47,017 bases of DNA from the NCBI GenBank assembly GCA_023133225.1, contig JAGLWV010000116.1, forward strand, positions 1-47,017, in the 5' to 3' direction. The position numbers and the translations under genes were made by a program. A model generated the notes under the pieces. The model did not search any database. It was given only the letters and a program-made list of their open reading frames with translations, and had not been told where the DNA came from. The DNA is from Candidatus Aminicenantes bacterium. GTDB lineage: Bacteria; Acidobacteriota; Aminicenantia; Aminicenantales; Aminicenantaceae. This document shows positions 1 through 9,079 of the stretch, piece after piece (positions within the stretch are counted from its first letter, which is position 1; the number at the start of each line of letters is the position of its first letter).

Positions 1-50
1 CATGGGCTGCGGCCTCGCCGCTACGGCAATCTCGACTCGTGAATAATCCA
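1..50 (-). repeat. Terminal copy of a 50-nt dispersed repeat (inverted relative to the copy at 46931-46980)
   Basis: The reverse complement of 1-50 (tggattattcacgagtcgagattgccgtagcggcgaggccgcagcccatg) matches 46931-46980 at 46/50 positions. It contains a small GC hairpin (GCGGC-ctc-GCCGC) and the GAGATTGCC core also seen at 34785 and 37529. Confidence 0.85.
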
Positions 51-56
51 AGCTTA

Positions 57-2744
57 TTAAGAACGAGGAGTTTTCACTTCTATTGTCCCTTCCAGCTTAA
101 TATCCCCGGCACGGATAACAACAGTGTATTTTCCGGGCCTCACTAATCTGGCACCCCGTTCATAAACAGTTGGAGCTACTTTTCCTCTTTTTGGGCTCAA
201 ATCCCACTCGGCTCTATTTATTCCTGGATCATTTGTTCCGGTCAGTTCTTTAATGACCTTGCCGGATTCATCCAGGATAGAGATCTTTACCTTGTTTGTT
301 TTCTTCAAATAGTAGTGAATGACAGCTTTTTTCCGGGTTTCCAGAGCCCAATCTCCCCTATAATCTCTGCTGTGTGGCAGTATAGCCGGTCTGATATCGA
401 ACAGATGAGCTTCTTTTCCGACATTTATCTCATTAAATTTTTGGATAGGATCAATATCCAGAATAAACGCGCTTCTTCCATGGGTTCCGATTACCAGTTC
501 ATTATCCCTGGGATGTACAGCAATGTCATGCACCGGGGTTGTGGGTAAATTGTTACAGAGCGAATGCCATGTTTTTCCGGCATCCAGTGAGGCATAAACA
601 CCTCCGTGGTCAGTTCCAATATAGAGAATATTTTTATTATGGGGGTCTTCCCTGATAACATTTATTGGTTCAGATGGGAAATTGCCTGCAATGGATTTCC
701 ATGTCTGTCCATAATCGGTCGACCTGTACAGGTATTTCTCAAAATCATCTTCACGATATCCGGTCAACGAGACATAAACCGTGCCTAAGTTATGGGAGGA
801 AGCAACCACACGGCTTACCCATTTGTCGGGAAGACCTTTATTGATCTTGGTCCAGTTCACTCCATCATTTTGGGTGATATGGACATATCCATCATCTGTA
901 CCGACATAGATCAAACCAGGCTTTAAAGGTGACTCGCTTACCATGGTAATTGTTCCATGGGGGACATTGCCCTGTCTTTCCGGACCGGGATCTGTTGTTA
1001 AATCCGGGCTTATACAGGACCAGCTATCTCCTCTGTTCAGGGATTTGAAAAGCTTGTTGGCTCCGTAATAAAGGGTGAAACGATTGTGATGTGAAATAAA
1101 AAAAGGAGTCATCCAATTGTAGCGAAGAGCCGGTTCTCCTTTTTTCGCTCTAGGTTGAATATTCTTTGTTTTTCCGGTTTTTATGTTTTTTCGTTTAAGA
1201 CTTCCAAATTGCTGCTCATAATAGATGATGTCGGCGTTACCTGGTTCGACCAGCGTGAAATATGAATCTCCGCCCCCCCAGATATCGATCCAAACATATT
1301 TCCAGGGATCTTCAATACCATCCTCGAGGTCCCGGTTGCCGGGCCCGTAAAGTGCAGCATTATCCTGGGTGCCTCCATAGACATTATATGGATCATCCAT
1401 GTCTACGGAGATCGCATAGAATTCAGCGATAGGAAGATTGTTCACATGAAGCCAGCTTTCTCCCCTATCGCTGGAAATAAAGAAGCCACCATCATTTCCA
1501 AGAAGCAATCGGTCGGGATTTAACGGGTCGATCCAGAGGTCATGCTGATCAAGATGTAGAGCTCTGGTGGGATGGTGATAAAGATGTACAACTGTCCCTC
1601 CAAGCCTTTTAAATGTTTCTCCCCCATCTTTTGACATCATGAGATTCACTCCTAAAACATAGATGGTATTTTTTTCGTCAGGAGAAACTCTGATGTCCCC
1701 GAAAGAATAATTAATACCGGCAAAAAAATCACCTGTGCTGACTTTTTTCCAGCTCTCTCCTTTATTATCTGAACGATAGATTTCTCCGCCGATCCTACCT
1801 CTGGATCTCTTTTCTTTCTTCAATCTAGGGCGGGGAGACTGGTTATCCAGCACAGCATAAATCACATCCGGATTTGAAGAGGAAACATCAAGGCCGATGC
1901 GCCCGATGTATTTTCCCGCAGGGAATCCATTGGTCAATCTCTTCCAGGTGCAGCCGGCATCGGTTGTTTTGTAAATCCCGCTTCCTTCGCCGCATATGAC
2001 ATTATTCCAGGCCTTTCTATCCCTTTCCCAGGATGCAGCATACAAAATCTTGCTGTCAGACGGATCCATCACAACATCGACAACACCTACCCTGTCATTT
2101 ATATAAAGACTTTTCTGCCAGGTCTTCCCTCCATCCGTAGTTTTAAATAATCCTCTTTCCACGTTAAACGTGTACTGACGGCCTAAAGCTGCCACATAGA
2201 CGATGTCAGGTTCCTTAGGGTCGATGACCACTCTTCCAATGTGGTGAGTATCGATAAGACCCATGTTTGACCAGGTTTTTCCACCGTCTTTGGATTTAAA
2301 AATGCCGGTTCCTGCAAAGGAACTCCTGGCCATAAGGTTCTCACCTGTCCCGACCCATATAATATTAGGATCTGATTTCGAAACCTCAATATCTCCAATG
2401 GCAAAAGTAGATTCATGTTCGAATATCGGATCCCAGGTTATTCCATTATTGACCGTCTTCCATATGTTTCCTGAGCCGGCTCCAACATATATCGTAGAAT
2501 TATAGCCGGATGGACAGGCAATAGTCTCGATTCTTCCCCCCTGAAGCTTTGGGCCCACTGTTCTCCATCTCAGGTTCTTAAAAATCGATTCGTTTTTCAT
2601 TTTGAGATGATGCTCCCATGATCTCATCCGGGCTTCAGGGGTGGTGGGACCTGCTTTTAGCTGACGGGCATCAACAGGTGACAAGAAATTGAAACTTAAA
2701 AGGAAGATACTCAAAAAATAAAGAGGGAAAAAATTTCTTTTCAT
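57..2744 (-). CDS. Secreted BNR/Asp-box repeat protein (sortilin/VPS10-like tandem beta-propeller)
   Basis: 895-aa ORF with an N-terminal Sec signal (MKRNFFPLYFLSIFLLSFNFLSPVDA). It has about 10 Asp-box motifs of the S/T-x-D-x-G-x-T/S-W type: SKDGGKTW, TTDGGKTW, TTDAGCTW, SDNKGESW, SSDRGESW, NRGDSW, NDGVNW, STDYGQTW, SLDAGKTW. Confidence 0.8.
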   Translation of the reverse strand: MKRNFFPLYFLSIFLLSFNFLSPVDARQLKAGPTTPEARMRSWEHHLKMKNESIFKNLRWRTVGPKLQGGRIETIACPSGYNSTIYVGAGSGNIWKTVNNGITWDPIFEHESTFAIGDIEVSKSDPNIIWVGTGENLMARSSFAGTGIFKSKDGGKTWSNMGLIDTHHIGRVVIDPKEPDIVYVAALGRQYTFNVERGLFKTTDGGKTWQKSLYINDRVGVVDVVMDPSDSKILYAASWERDRKAWNNVICGEGSGIYKTTDAGCTWKRLTNGFPAGKYIGRIGLDVSSSNPDVIYAVLDNQSPRPRLKKEKRSRGRIGGEIYRSDNKGESWKKVSTGDFFAGINYSFGDIRVSPDEKNTIYVLGVNLMMSKDGGETFKRLGGTVVHLYHHPTRALHLDQHDLWIDPLNPDRLLLGNDGGFFISSDRGESWLHVNNLPIAEFYAISVDMDDPYNVYGGTQDNAALYGPGNRDLEDGIEDPWKYVWIDIWGGGDSYFTLVEPGNADIIYYEQQFGSLKRKNIKTGKTKNIQPRAKKGEPALRYNWMTPFFISHHNRFTLYYGANKLFKSLNRGDSWSCISPDLTTDPGPERQGNVPHGTITMVSESPLKPGLIYVGTDDGYVHITQNDGVNWTKINKGLPDKWVSRVVASSHNLGTVYVSLTGYREDDFEKYLYRSTDYGQTWKSIAGNFPSEPINVIREDPHNKNILYIGTDHGGVYASLDAGKTWHSLCNNLPTTPVHDIAVHPRDNELVIGTHGRSAFILDIDPIQKFNEINVGKEAHLFDIRPAILPHSRDYRGDWALETRKKAVIHYYLKKTNKVKISILDESGKVIKELTGTNDPGINRAEWDLSPKRGKVAPTVYERGARLVRPGKYTVVIRAGDIKLEGTIEVKTPRS

Positions 2745-2761
2745 CAGATGCTCCTCTTATA

Positions 2762-2789
2762 ACCGGATGTGATAGATAAAACATCCGGT
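2762..2789 (-). terminator. Perfect 9-bp stem hairpin between two minus-strand genes (possible terminator or processing site)
   Basis: ACCGGATGT-N10-ACATCCGGT lies about 130 nt downstream of the stop at 2917. There is no strong U-tract, so its function is uncertain. Confidence 0.3.
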
Positions 2790-2916
2790 ACAAAATACCA
2801 TTTATCCTGTAAAAAGAGAATTGATTGTAAGACATATAGCACAGTGAATTTTCGAGGTCAAAAGCGGGGAGGCAAACCAGGAGGAAAGATAAGCACTGGG
2901 CTCTTTTTAAATATCC

Positions 2917-3774
2917 TCAGATAACAGACAGAACACCTCTGACATAGCCGAGCGATTCCGCCACACCGGGAAGAGGATCATCGGCATCTTTTTCAAATTC
3001 AAAGGACACGGTCCCCTTGTAGTTCAGTCTGAGCAATGTGCGGAGGAACCTGGGGATATCAATGACACCTCGACCGATCTCCACCGTCCTCCCTTCTTTT
3101 GAAGCAGCAGAGACATCCTTGATATGGACATCGAGCAACCGGTCGGCATACATCTCTGCTGATTCGGATGGGTCGATACCTGCACGCTGGGTGTGCCCTA
3201 TGTCGATACATAATCCAATGCGATGGTCCAGTTCTCCGATCTTCTCATATGCGCTTTCGGGCGTAGGATAGCGCTTATCACCCGGGCCGTGATTGTGGAT
3301 AGCCAGCTCGATATCGAACTCTTGAACTTTCCTGTTCACCAGATCCAGAAGATCATGGTTTGGAACTCCGATGATCACTTTCATTCCCGCTGTTTGAGCG
3401 TAGTTAAAGGCACGATGAACTTCCTCTTCATTGCTCATATAAACCACACCACAGCCGTAAAGATCGATGCCGGCATTTTTCACCTTTTCAGAAACCGCCT
3501 TTATCTCATCCTCCGTGCTCTCCAAAGGCAGATGAAAATCCTTAAAAGCTATTCTTTGCAGCCCGAGCCTCTTTGTCATGGCCAGGGTATCTTCCAGGTT
3601 AAAATTCCGGAATGAATAGGATGCCATGCCCAGATTCAGCCTCGTTTGCTCTTTTTTTGTTTTTTCCGGGCTGCTTTTTGAGCACGCCCCAATGAAGGAC
3701 GACAATGGCACAGCAGCCATTCCCATCCCGGCCCGCTTGATGAAATGTCTTCTTGTTGTTTTTTCCATGGTCAT
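2917..3774 (-). CDS. Tat-exported sugar phosphate isomerase/epimerase (xylose-isomerase-like TIM barrel)
   Basis: 285-aa ORF with a twin-arginine signal (TRRHFIKRAGMGMAAV). The body resembles the xylose-isomerase-like TIM-barrel family (AIHNHG, IDIGH, HIKD metal-ligand-type motifs). Confidence 0.8.
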   Translation of the reverse strand: MTMEKTTRRHFIKRAGMGMAAVPLSSFIGACSKSSPEKTKKEQTRLNLGMASYSFRNFNLEDTLAMTKRLGLQRIAFKDFHLPLESTEDEIKAVSEKVKNAGIDLYGCGVVYMSNEEEVHRAFNYAQTAGMKVIIGVPNHDLLDLVNRKVQEFDIELAIHNHGPGDKRYPTPESAYEKIGELDHRIGLCIDIGHTQRAGIDPSESAEMYADRLLDVHIKDVSAASKEGRTVEIGRGVIDIPRFLRTLLRLNYKGTVSFEFEKDADDPLPGVAESLGYVRGVLSVI

Positions 3775-3804
3775 CTTCCTTTTGAAGAAAACTTATCATA
3801 AAAA

Positions 3805-3903
3805 GGGTCGCATCTCAACATTTGACATTTCTCTCTCTTATCTTTAAATTGAGGATAAGTTTCTTTCTCTTGATTAATAATGTCAAATGTTGAGACGCGA
3901 CCC
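3805..3903. promoter_or_regulatory. 25-bp near-perfect inverted repeat spanning a divergent promoter region
   Basis: gggtcgcatctcaacatttgacatt (3805-3829) pairs with aatgtcaaatgttgagacgcgaccc (3879-3903) at 24/25 positions. Each arm carries TTGACA. On the plus strand, TTGACA (3822-3827) is followed by N17 and TAAATT. There is also an inner dyad CTTATC/GATAAG. Confidence 0.5.
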
Positions 3904-3925
3904 CAAAAAAAGAAAAATTCAAGCC

Positions 3926-4732
3926 ATGCAAAATAAACTCAAAGGAAGCGCTTTAGCGGTCATTGCTCTCCTCATAACAATTTCGTTTTCCTGTACCTCA
4001 AAACAGGACAGCGGGCCGGCCTCGAAATCCACGAATTTTCCTAACACCCTCACGGAACAAGAGAAAGGAGAGGGTTGGGTACTTCTTTTTGACGGGAAAA
4101 CCTTCAATGGCTGGCGTGGCCTCGGCAGGAACACAATCCCCGAAGGTCACTGGGCAATTGAGAATGGAGCAATTAAAAAAGTGCCAAGCCGTGAAGTACC
4201 GCTCCAGGAAGATGGACAGCCTTTGAAGGGAGGCGATATCATGACCATCCGCTCCTTTGAGAATTTCGAGCTCTATCTGGAATGGAAAATCAGCCCTGCT
4301 GGTAACAGTGGTATCAAGTATAACGTATCAGAGGAGATGTCGACATCGTATCCCCCAAAGTATGCAGCGCTTGGATTCGAATATCAAATACTCGATGACG
4401 AAAAGCATCCCGATGCAAAGAACGGTACAAACAGAACGGCAGCAGCGCTTTATGACTTGATTGCACCTGAAGGCAAAAAGCTTAAATCTATTGGTGAATT
4501 TAATACGGCTCGAATCGTATTCAGCGGCAATCACGGAGAACACTGGCTTAATGGAGTAAAGGTCCTGGAATATGAGTTAGGAACTCCTCAAATGGACACT
4601 TTTCTTGCCGCGAGTAAATACAGGGATATTCAAGGATTTGGCAACAAGCGCAATGGATATATTGTAATACAGGATCATACAGATGCGGCCTGGTTCCGCA
4701 CTATCAAGATTCGTGAATTAAAGCCATTTTAG
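3926..4732 (+). CDS. DUF1080 (3-keto-disaccharide hydrolase family) lipoprotein
   Basis: The ORF is open from 3887. I prefer the ATG at 3926 because it gives a canonical lipoprotein signal (MQNKLKGSALAVIALLITISFSC) and 3887 lies inside the inverted-repeat arm. The motif GWVLLFDGKTFNGWRG and the C-terminal IVIQDHTDAAWFRTIKIREL are typical of DUF1080. Confidence 0.75.
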   Translation: MQNKLKGSALAVIALLITISFSCTSKQDSGPASKSTNFPNTLTEQEKGEGWVLLFDGKTFNGWRGLGRNTIPEGHWAIENGAIKKVPSREVPLQEDGQPLKGGDIMTIRSFENFELYLEWKISPAGNSGIKYNVSEEMSTSYPPKYAALGFEYQILDDEKHPDAKNGTNRTAAALYDLIAPEGKKLKSIGEFNTARIVFSGNHGEHWLNGVKVLEYELGTPQMDTFLAASKYRDIQGFGNKRNGYIVIQDHTDAAWFRTIKIRELKPF

Positions 4733-4798
4733 GCTTATCTTCAGGTTCACGGGCTACTTTTAAAAGAGTGGGCCTGTGGCTGGAAAGGGAAGGTTAAT

Positions 4799-6136
4799 AT
4801 GAGCAAAAAAAAGATCACACGTCGGGATTTTGTCAAGACAGTAGCGGCCGGTGCAGCCGGTGCGGCATTTGCTATGCCCGCTGCAAGCTACCGTCGGATT
4901 ATTGGTTCCAATGATCGTGTACGGGTAGGGATTGTTGGCTTCTCTGACCGTGCGCGGAACTCTCTTATCCCTGCCATGCAGAATTATGCCCAGACATTCA
5001 ATTTTGAGTTTGTGGCTGTCTCGGATATCTGGAGTCTGCGAAGGAGTAAGGGAATAGCTTTTCTGGAAGAAAGTGCTGGACGAAAGATTGCCGGAATGCG
5101 AAACAACGAGGAGCTTTATGACTCGGGAATGGTGGATGCTGTGATCATCAGCACAGCTGACTTCCAGCATGCGCTGCACTGCATCGAAGCTGTAAAAGCG
5201 GGCTGCGACGCTTACGTCGAAAAGCCTTTTGCCAACACCATGGAAGACGCACGTGAATCACTTAAAGCGGTTGAGAAAAGCGGCAAGATCGTTCAGATTG
5301 GGACTCAACGCCGAAGTGCCAGCAACTACATCCAAGCAAACAACTTTATCCGCTCGGGCCGATTTGGTGAGATTGTTGCGGTGGATATGACCTGGAACGT
5401 AAACCAGCCGGGCCGCTGGAGGCGGCCACAACTTGTGGCAGTTCTCCGCAAAGAAGATGTTGACTGGAAGCGGTTTCTCATGAATCGTCCCTATGAGCCC
5501 TGGGATCCGCGCAAATACATCGAATACCGCCTCTTCTGGCCGTATTCCTCCGGAATCCCATGCCAGTGGATGGTACACCAGATTGATACAGTTCACTGGT
5601 TTACAGACCTCCCACACCCGCGAAGTGTCGTGGTTAACGGCGGGCTCTATCTGTGGAAGGACGGGCGGAAAAACTTTGACACACTCACGGCTGTTTTCGA
5701 TTACGGTCCTCTCAACAATACGTCCGGAGGCTTTCAAGTCGCGTACTCTTCCCGGCAGACAAATTCGGCCGGAGGGACCAAAGAATTATATTTTTCTAAT
5801 GGCGGCACACTTAACCTGGAGACAAACAAGATCACCTCCGAAGGCGGACTAACCCGGAAGATGGCTGAAGCCATGGGCTTGAAAGAAAACCTGCTGCCGG
5901 AAATGCCAATTGCTGAATCAGGAGGAGTGGAAACAGCCGCAAACACAGGGACCGATAATGCCACTTATGCACACATGCGGAACTGGATGGAGTGCGTGCG
6001 CAAGCGCAAGAAGCCAAACGCGGATATTCGTGCCGGCTACAACCACTCTGCAGCGCTATGTATGACGATCGCTGCAATGTTTACCGGAAAGCGCGTGACA
6101 TTCAACGACACGAAACAGGAGGTTGTGATCAAATAA
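4799..6136 (+). CDS. Tat-exported Gfo/Idh/MocA family oxidoreductase
   Basis: 445-aa ORF with a twin-arginine signal (TRRDFVKTVAAGAAGAAFA). It has an N-terminal Rossmann segment (VRVGIVGFSDRA) and the EKP motif (DAYVEKPFA) typical of Gfo/Idh/MocA. A GGGAAGG RBS precedes the start. Confidence 0.85.
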   Translation: MSKKKITRRDFVKTVAAGAAGAAFAMPAASYRRIIGSNDRVRVGIVGFSDRARNSLIPAMQNYAQTFNFEFVAVSDIWSLRRSKGIAFLEESAGRKIAGMRNNEELYDSGMVDAVIISTADFQHALHCIEAVKAGCDAYVEKPFANTMEDARESLKAVEKSGKIVQIGTQRRSASNYIQANNFIRSGRFGEIVAVDMTWNVNQPGRWRRPQLVAVLRKEDVDWKRFLMNRPYEPWDPRKYIEYRLFWPYSSGIPCQWMVHQIDTVHWFTDLPHPRSVVVNGGLYLWKDGRKNFDTLTAVFDYGPLNNTSGGFQVAYSSRQTNSAGGTKELYFSNGGTLNLETNKITSEGGLTRKMAEAMGLKENLLPEMPIAESGGVETAANTGTDNATYAHMRNWMECVRKRKKPNADIRAGYNHSAALCMTIAAMFTGKRVTFNDTKQEVVIK

Positions 6137-6148
6137 ACTGAGGGATTA

Positions 6149-7459
6149 TCACGGCACTGCAGTCGATTGACCCGGTTTCCAACCAGCCATGCTATCAAAA
6201 ACTTCTTTGAGTATCCTCACGCAATCATCTATTTGCGCTTTGGTATGCATCGAAGAAACGGAGAGTCTCAACCTGGTTTTATTCCTTGATACAGCGGGAT
6301 AAGCGACAACACCTGTGTATAATCCTTTCTGTTGAATCCTCTTGCTTATTTCACGCAGTCTTAGATCGGCTCCCGCCATGACCGGCACAACCTGTGACTT
6401 AGTATTTGCAATATCAAGCCCGACTTCTTTGAGCTTTGTATGCATATACCTTGTATTATCCCATAATTTATCAAGTTCAGATTTGTCTCTGCCGAATATC
6501 TCAAGCACTTTGAGTATACCGGCTGCGGTATGTGGAGCCATGGCACATGAGAAAACATAAGACCTCGCAACCATCCTCAGATAAGCCATCAGTTTCTCTT
6601 TTCCCGCGGCATATCCTCCAATGGCTCCAAATGATTTACTAAAGGTGCCGATAGAAATGTCGACCTCCTCCTCAAGGCCAAAATGTTCTGCCACTCCTCC
6701 CCCCTTTTCACCAAAGATCAAAGAAGCATGAGCTTCATCGACCAATATCTTTGCCCCGTATTTTTTGCAGACGGGGATTATCTCAGGAAGGTTTGCGAGG
6801 TCTCCATCCATACTGTAGACGCCTTCCACACAAACAATAACCCTTTTTGTATTTAAACCTTTAAGAACTTTTTCCAGCTGCCTTGGATTATTATGGGCAA
6901 AAATTTTTATATCGGCTCCGGATAATCTGACTCCATCATATATGGAGGCATGAGACACAATATCCAAGACAGCAACATCTCCAGGTCTTAATAGCCCTGA
7001 TAATACTCCCAAGTTGGTAGCATATCCAGTCGAGAATACTATTGCCGACTCTTTTCCTTTTATTTTTGCTATTTCTTCCTCCAGCATCCTTAATTGATCA
7101 TAGTATCCACTGAGCAACGGTGCGGAAACAGCCCCTGTTCCAAATTCGCTAATGGTGCTCTGCACAGCCTTGATCACTTCAGGATGAAGGGAATATCCAA
7201 GGTAATTGTAAGAGCAAAAATTTAAAAATCTTCTTACCGCATTGGCATTTCTGTCAAAAACTTCAAATTCCGACCCCGGACGAGACATTATTGGCTGGCC
7301 ATAAACCATATACTTCTTTCTTACAGCGTCAGACAAACACTCCCAGAAATAATCGGCTACTTCAAAGATGTCATCGCTTTCAAATCCCTGGAAGTCAACC
7401 AATGAGTAGTCATCACAATTTATTCTTTTTCCTTCAAGATCATCTTTTTTCAAGGCCAT
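6149..7459 (-). CDS. PLP-dependent alpha-oxoamine synthase family acyltransferase (Kbl/BioF/serine-palmitoyltransferase-like)
   Basis: 436-aa ORF with the PLP-lysine motif GTFSKSFGAIGGY, DEAHA, and SMDGD. It carries an N-terminal extension of about 70 aa relative to typical BioF/Kbl. Confidence 0.85.
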   Translation of the reverse strand: MALKKDDLEGKRINCDDYSLVDFQGFESDDIFEVADYFWECLSDAVRKKYMVYGQPIMSRPGSEFEVFDRNANAVRRFLNFCSYNYLGYSLHPEVIKAVQSTISEFGTGAVSAPLLSGYYDQLRMLEEEIAKIKGKESAIVFSTGYATNLGVLSGLLRPGDVAVLDIVSHASIYDGVRLSGADIKIFAHNNPRQLEKVLKGLNTKRVIVCVEGVYSMDGDLANLPEIIPVCKKYGAKILVDEAHASLIFGEKGGGVAEHFGLEEEVDISIGTFSKSFGAIGGYAAGKEKLMAYLRMVARSYVFSCAMAPHTAAGILKVLEIFGRDKSELDKLWDNTRYMHTKLKEVGLDIANTKSQVVPVMAGADLRLREISKRIQQKGLYTGVVAYPAVSRNKTRLRLSVSSMHTKAQIDDCVRILKEVFDSMAGWKPGQSTAVP

Positions 7460-7628
7460 CTTGTTCTCCTGTCATGATAAAAATCCATCTGATAAAAATT
7501 CTCTTTTATATCGTCTTTTTGAAAACTCTTCTTCCTGGAGATGTCTCTCGATACGCCACCTATTTTATTAAAAAATCCACGTTTTTGCCAAGAAAATATG
7601 CTACTTTGGACGAACGCCTCCATTTTTT

Positions 7629-8987
7629 TCAAATTTTGACAAGCTCTTCGATCTTAAACGGACGCTTCTGCTCGATACTGCGGCAAGCGGCGATTCCGAT
7701 CAGGACGGACAAGGCTCCTTCACGGCTCCCTGCATGCTGTCTCAGCAGATCCGGTCCTGGCTTGCGGAAGATTCTATCCTGCATGATCTGGTCGGCGCCC
7801 CAGTGACCGCTTCCTCCTGATTTAATACTCGAAGTCTTGCTTTTTTTAAAATTATGTGTGATCCGAAAATCGGCCAGGCTAGGAATTTTCCAGGGCTGTC
7901 TGTGGTAGATACGGGCATCCAGCCTCCCTTTTGTACCGTTGAACCCGACAAAATATCCTTCATAGGGCATAAAAGCGTTTAACGAATAGCTCATCGTCAC
8001 GCGATTATGATACTGCACCTGGACATTCATCGTATCCCAGATGTTTATCTTTTTTTGGAAGACACAGGCATCCCGGATATAGCCATCCTCAGATTCCGCT
8101 TTGACATACAAATTCATGTAATGTTCATTCGTGGTGATATCCCAGAAAAACTCGCACGTGCTCTTGTGCGGGCAATTCATGCATCGCACATTTCGGACAA
8201 GACCGTTGTATCCGTATTTACGTAAAATCCCGTAGGCGTTCACTTCCACCGGTTCGGCTGAAAGCCACCAATTCATAAGGTCAAAATGATGTGTTGCTTT
8301 ATGGACAAGAAGGGAACCCGAAAATTGTTTAAAGGCATGCCAGCGACGAAAATAAGAAGCGCCATGATAAACATCAAGGTAGTAATTAAAATCAACCGAA
8401 GTGATATCACCGATTTCACGGGACATAAGGATTTTTTTTATTCTTACGGCCTCTGGGCTGTATCTGTAATTAAAAGTTACGATCAGCTTCTTTCCTGTCT
8501 TTTTTTCTGTGTCTATAATATCCTGGGTCATTTTTTCATCTGTTGCCATGGGTTTTTCTGTTATCACATCGCATCCCATCCTCATGGCCATGCAGATATA
8601 CTTGGCATGAAAACTGTCCATTGTGGTTACAATCACAGTATCAGGATGTCTTTCCTCGATCATTTGTTTAAAGTCAGTATAAGTGCCACACTTTGCACCC
8701 ATAAAGTTTTTTGCATATTCCATACGCTTGGGATTGATATCACAAAGGCCAACCATTTCCAGAACATCGCTATATTTTGCAATGAGGGTTTTTCCCCAGA
8801 GAGAGCTTCCCCGGACCCCTGTTCCGACCAGAGCAACTTTTAATTTTGCACCTGCGGGTTTCCCCCATACAGATCCTGTTTTCAGCAAGGGAAGACTTGC
8901 CGCAGCCAGAGCCGCTCCGACCGACGAAGATAAAAATTTCCGGCGGCTGAGTTCATTTTTTTTCTTGGCCATTAAAAACTCCTTCAA
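7629..8987 (-). CDS. Tat-exported Gfo/Idh/MocA family oxidoreductase
   Basis: 452-aa ORF with a twin-arginine signal (SRRKFLSSSVGAALAAASLP), a Rossmann segment (LKVALVGTGVRG) and an EKP motif (VITEKPMA). Confidence 0.85.
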   Translation of the reverse strand: MKEFLMAKKKNELSRRKFLSSSVGAALAAASLPLLKTGSVWGKPAGAKLKVALVGTGVRGSSLWGKTLIAKYSDVLEMVGLCDINPKRMEYAKNFMGAKCGTYTDFKQMIEERHPDTVIVTTMDSFHAKYICMAMRMGCDVITEKPMATDEKMTQDIIDTEKKTGKKLIVTFNYRYSPEAVRIKKILMSREIGDITSVDFNYYLDVYHGASYFRRWHAFKQFSGSLLVHKATHHFDLMNWWLSAEPVEVNAYGILRKYGYNGLVRNVRCMNCPHKSTCEFFWDITTNEHYMNLYVKAESEDGYIRDACVFQKKINIWDTMNVQVQYHNRVTMSYSLNAFMPYEGYFVGFNGTKGRLDARIYHRQPWKIPSLADFRITHNFKKSKTSSIKSGGSGHWGADQIMQDRIFRKPGPDLLRQHAGSREGALSVLIGIAACRSIEQKRPFKIEELVKI

Positions 8988-9079
8988 AATATATTTAACA
9001 GCATTTCTCCTTTGTAGCTTCTACCACAGGAGAAAAAGGATGTCAAAAAAGACGAGTTTGATGAAATGGCAGGGGGGAA

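Noticed and set aside
5258-5737. Long antisense ORFs inside well-supported genes (for example 5258-5737, 8286-8843, 22195-22728, 35218-35688, 37756-38199, 39473-39880)
   Set aside because: Each lies fully within and opposite a gene with clear family motifs. None has an RBS or recognisable domains. They are typical shadow ORFs.
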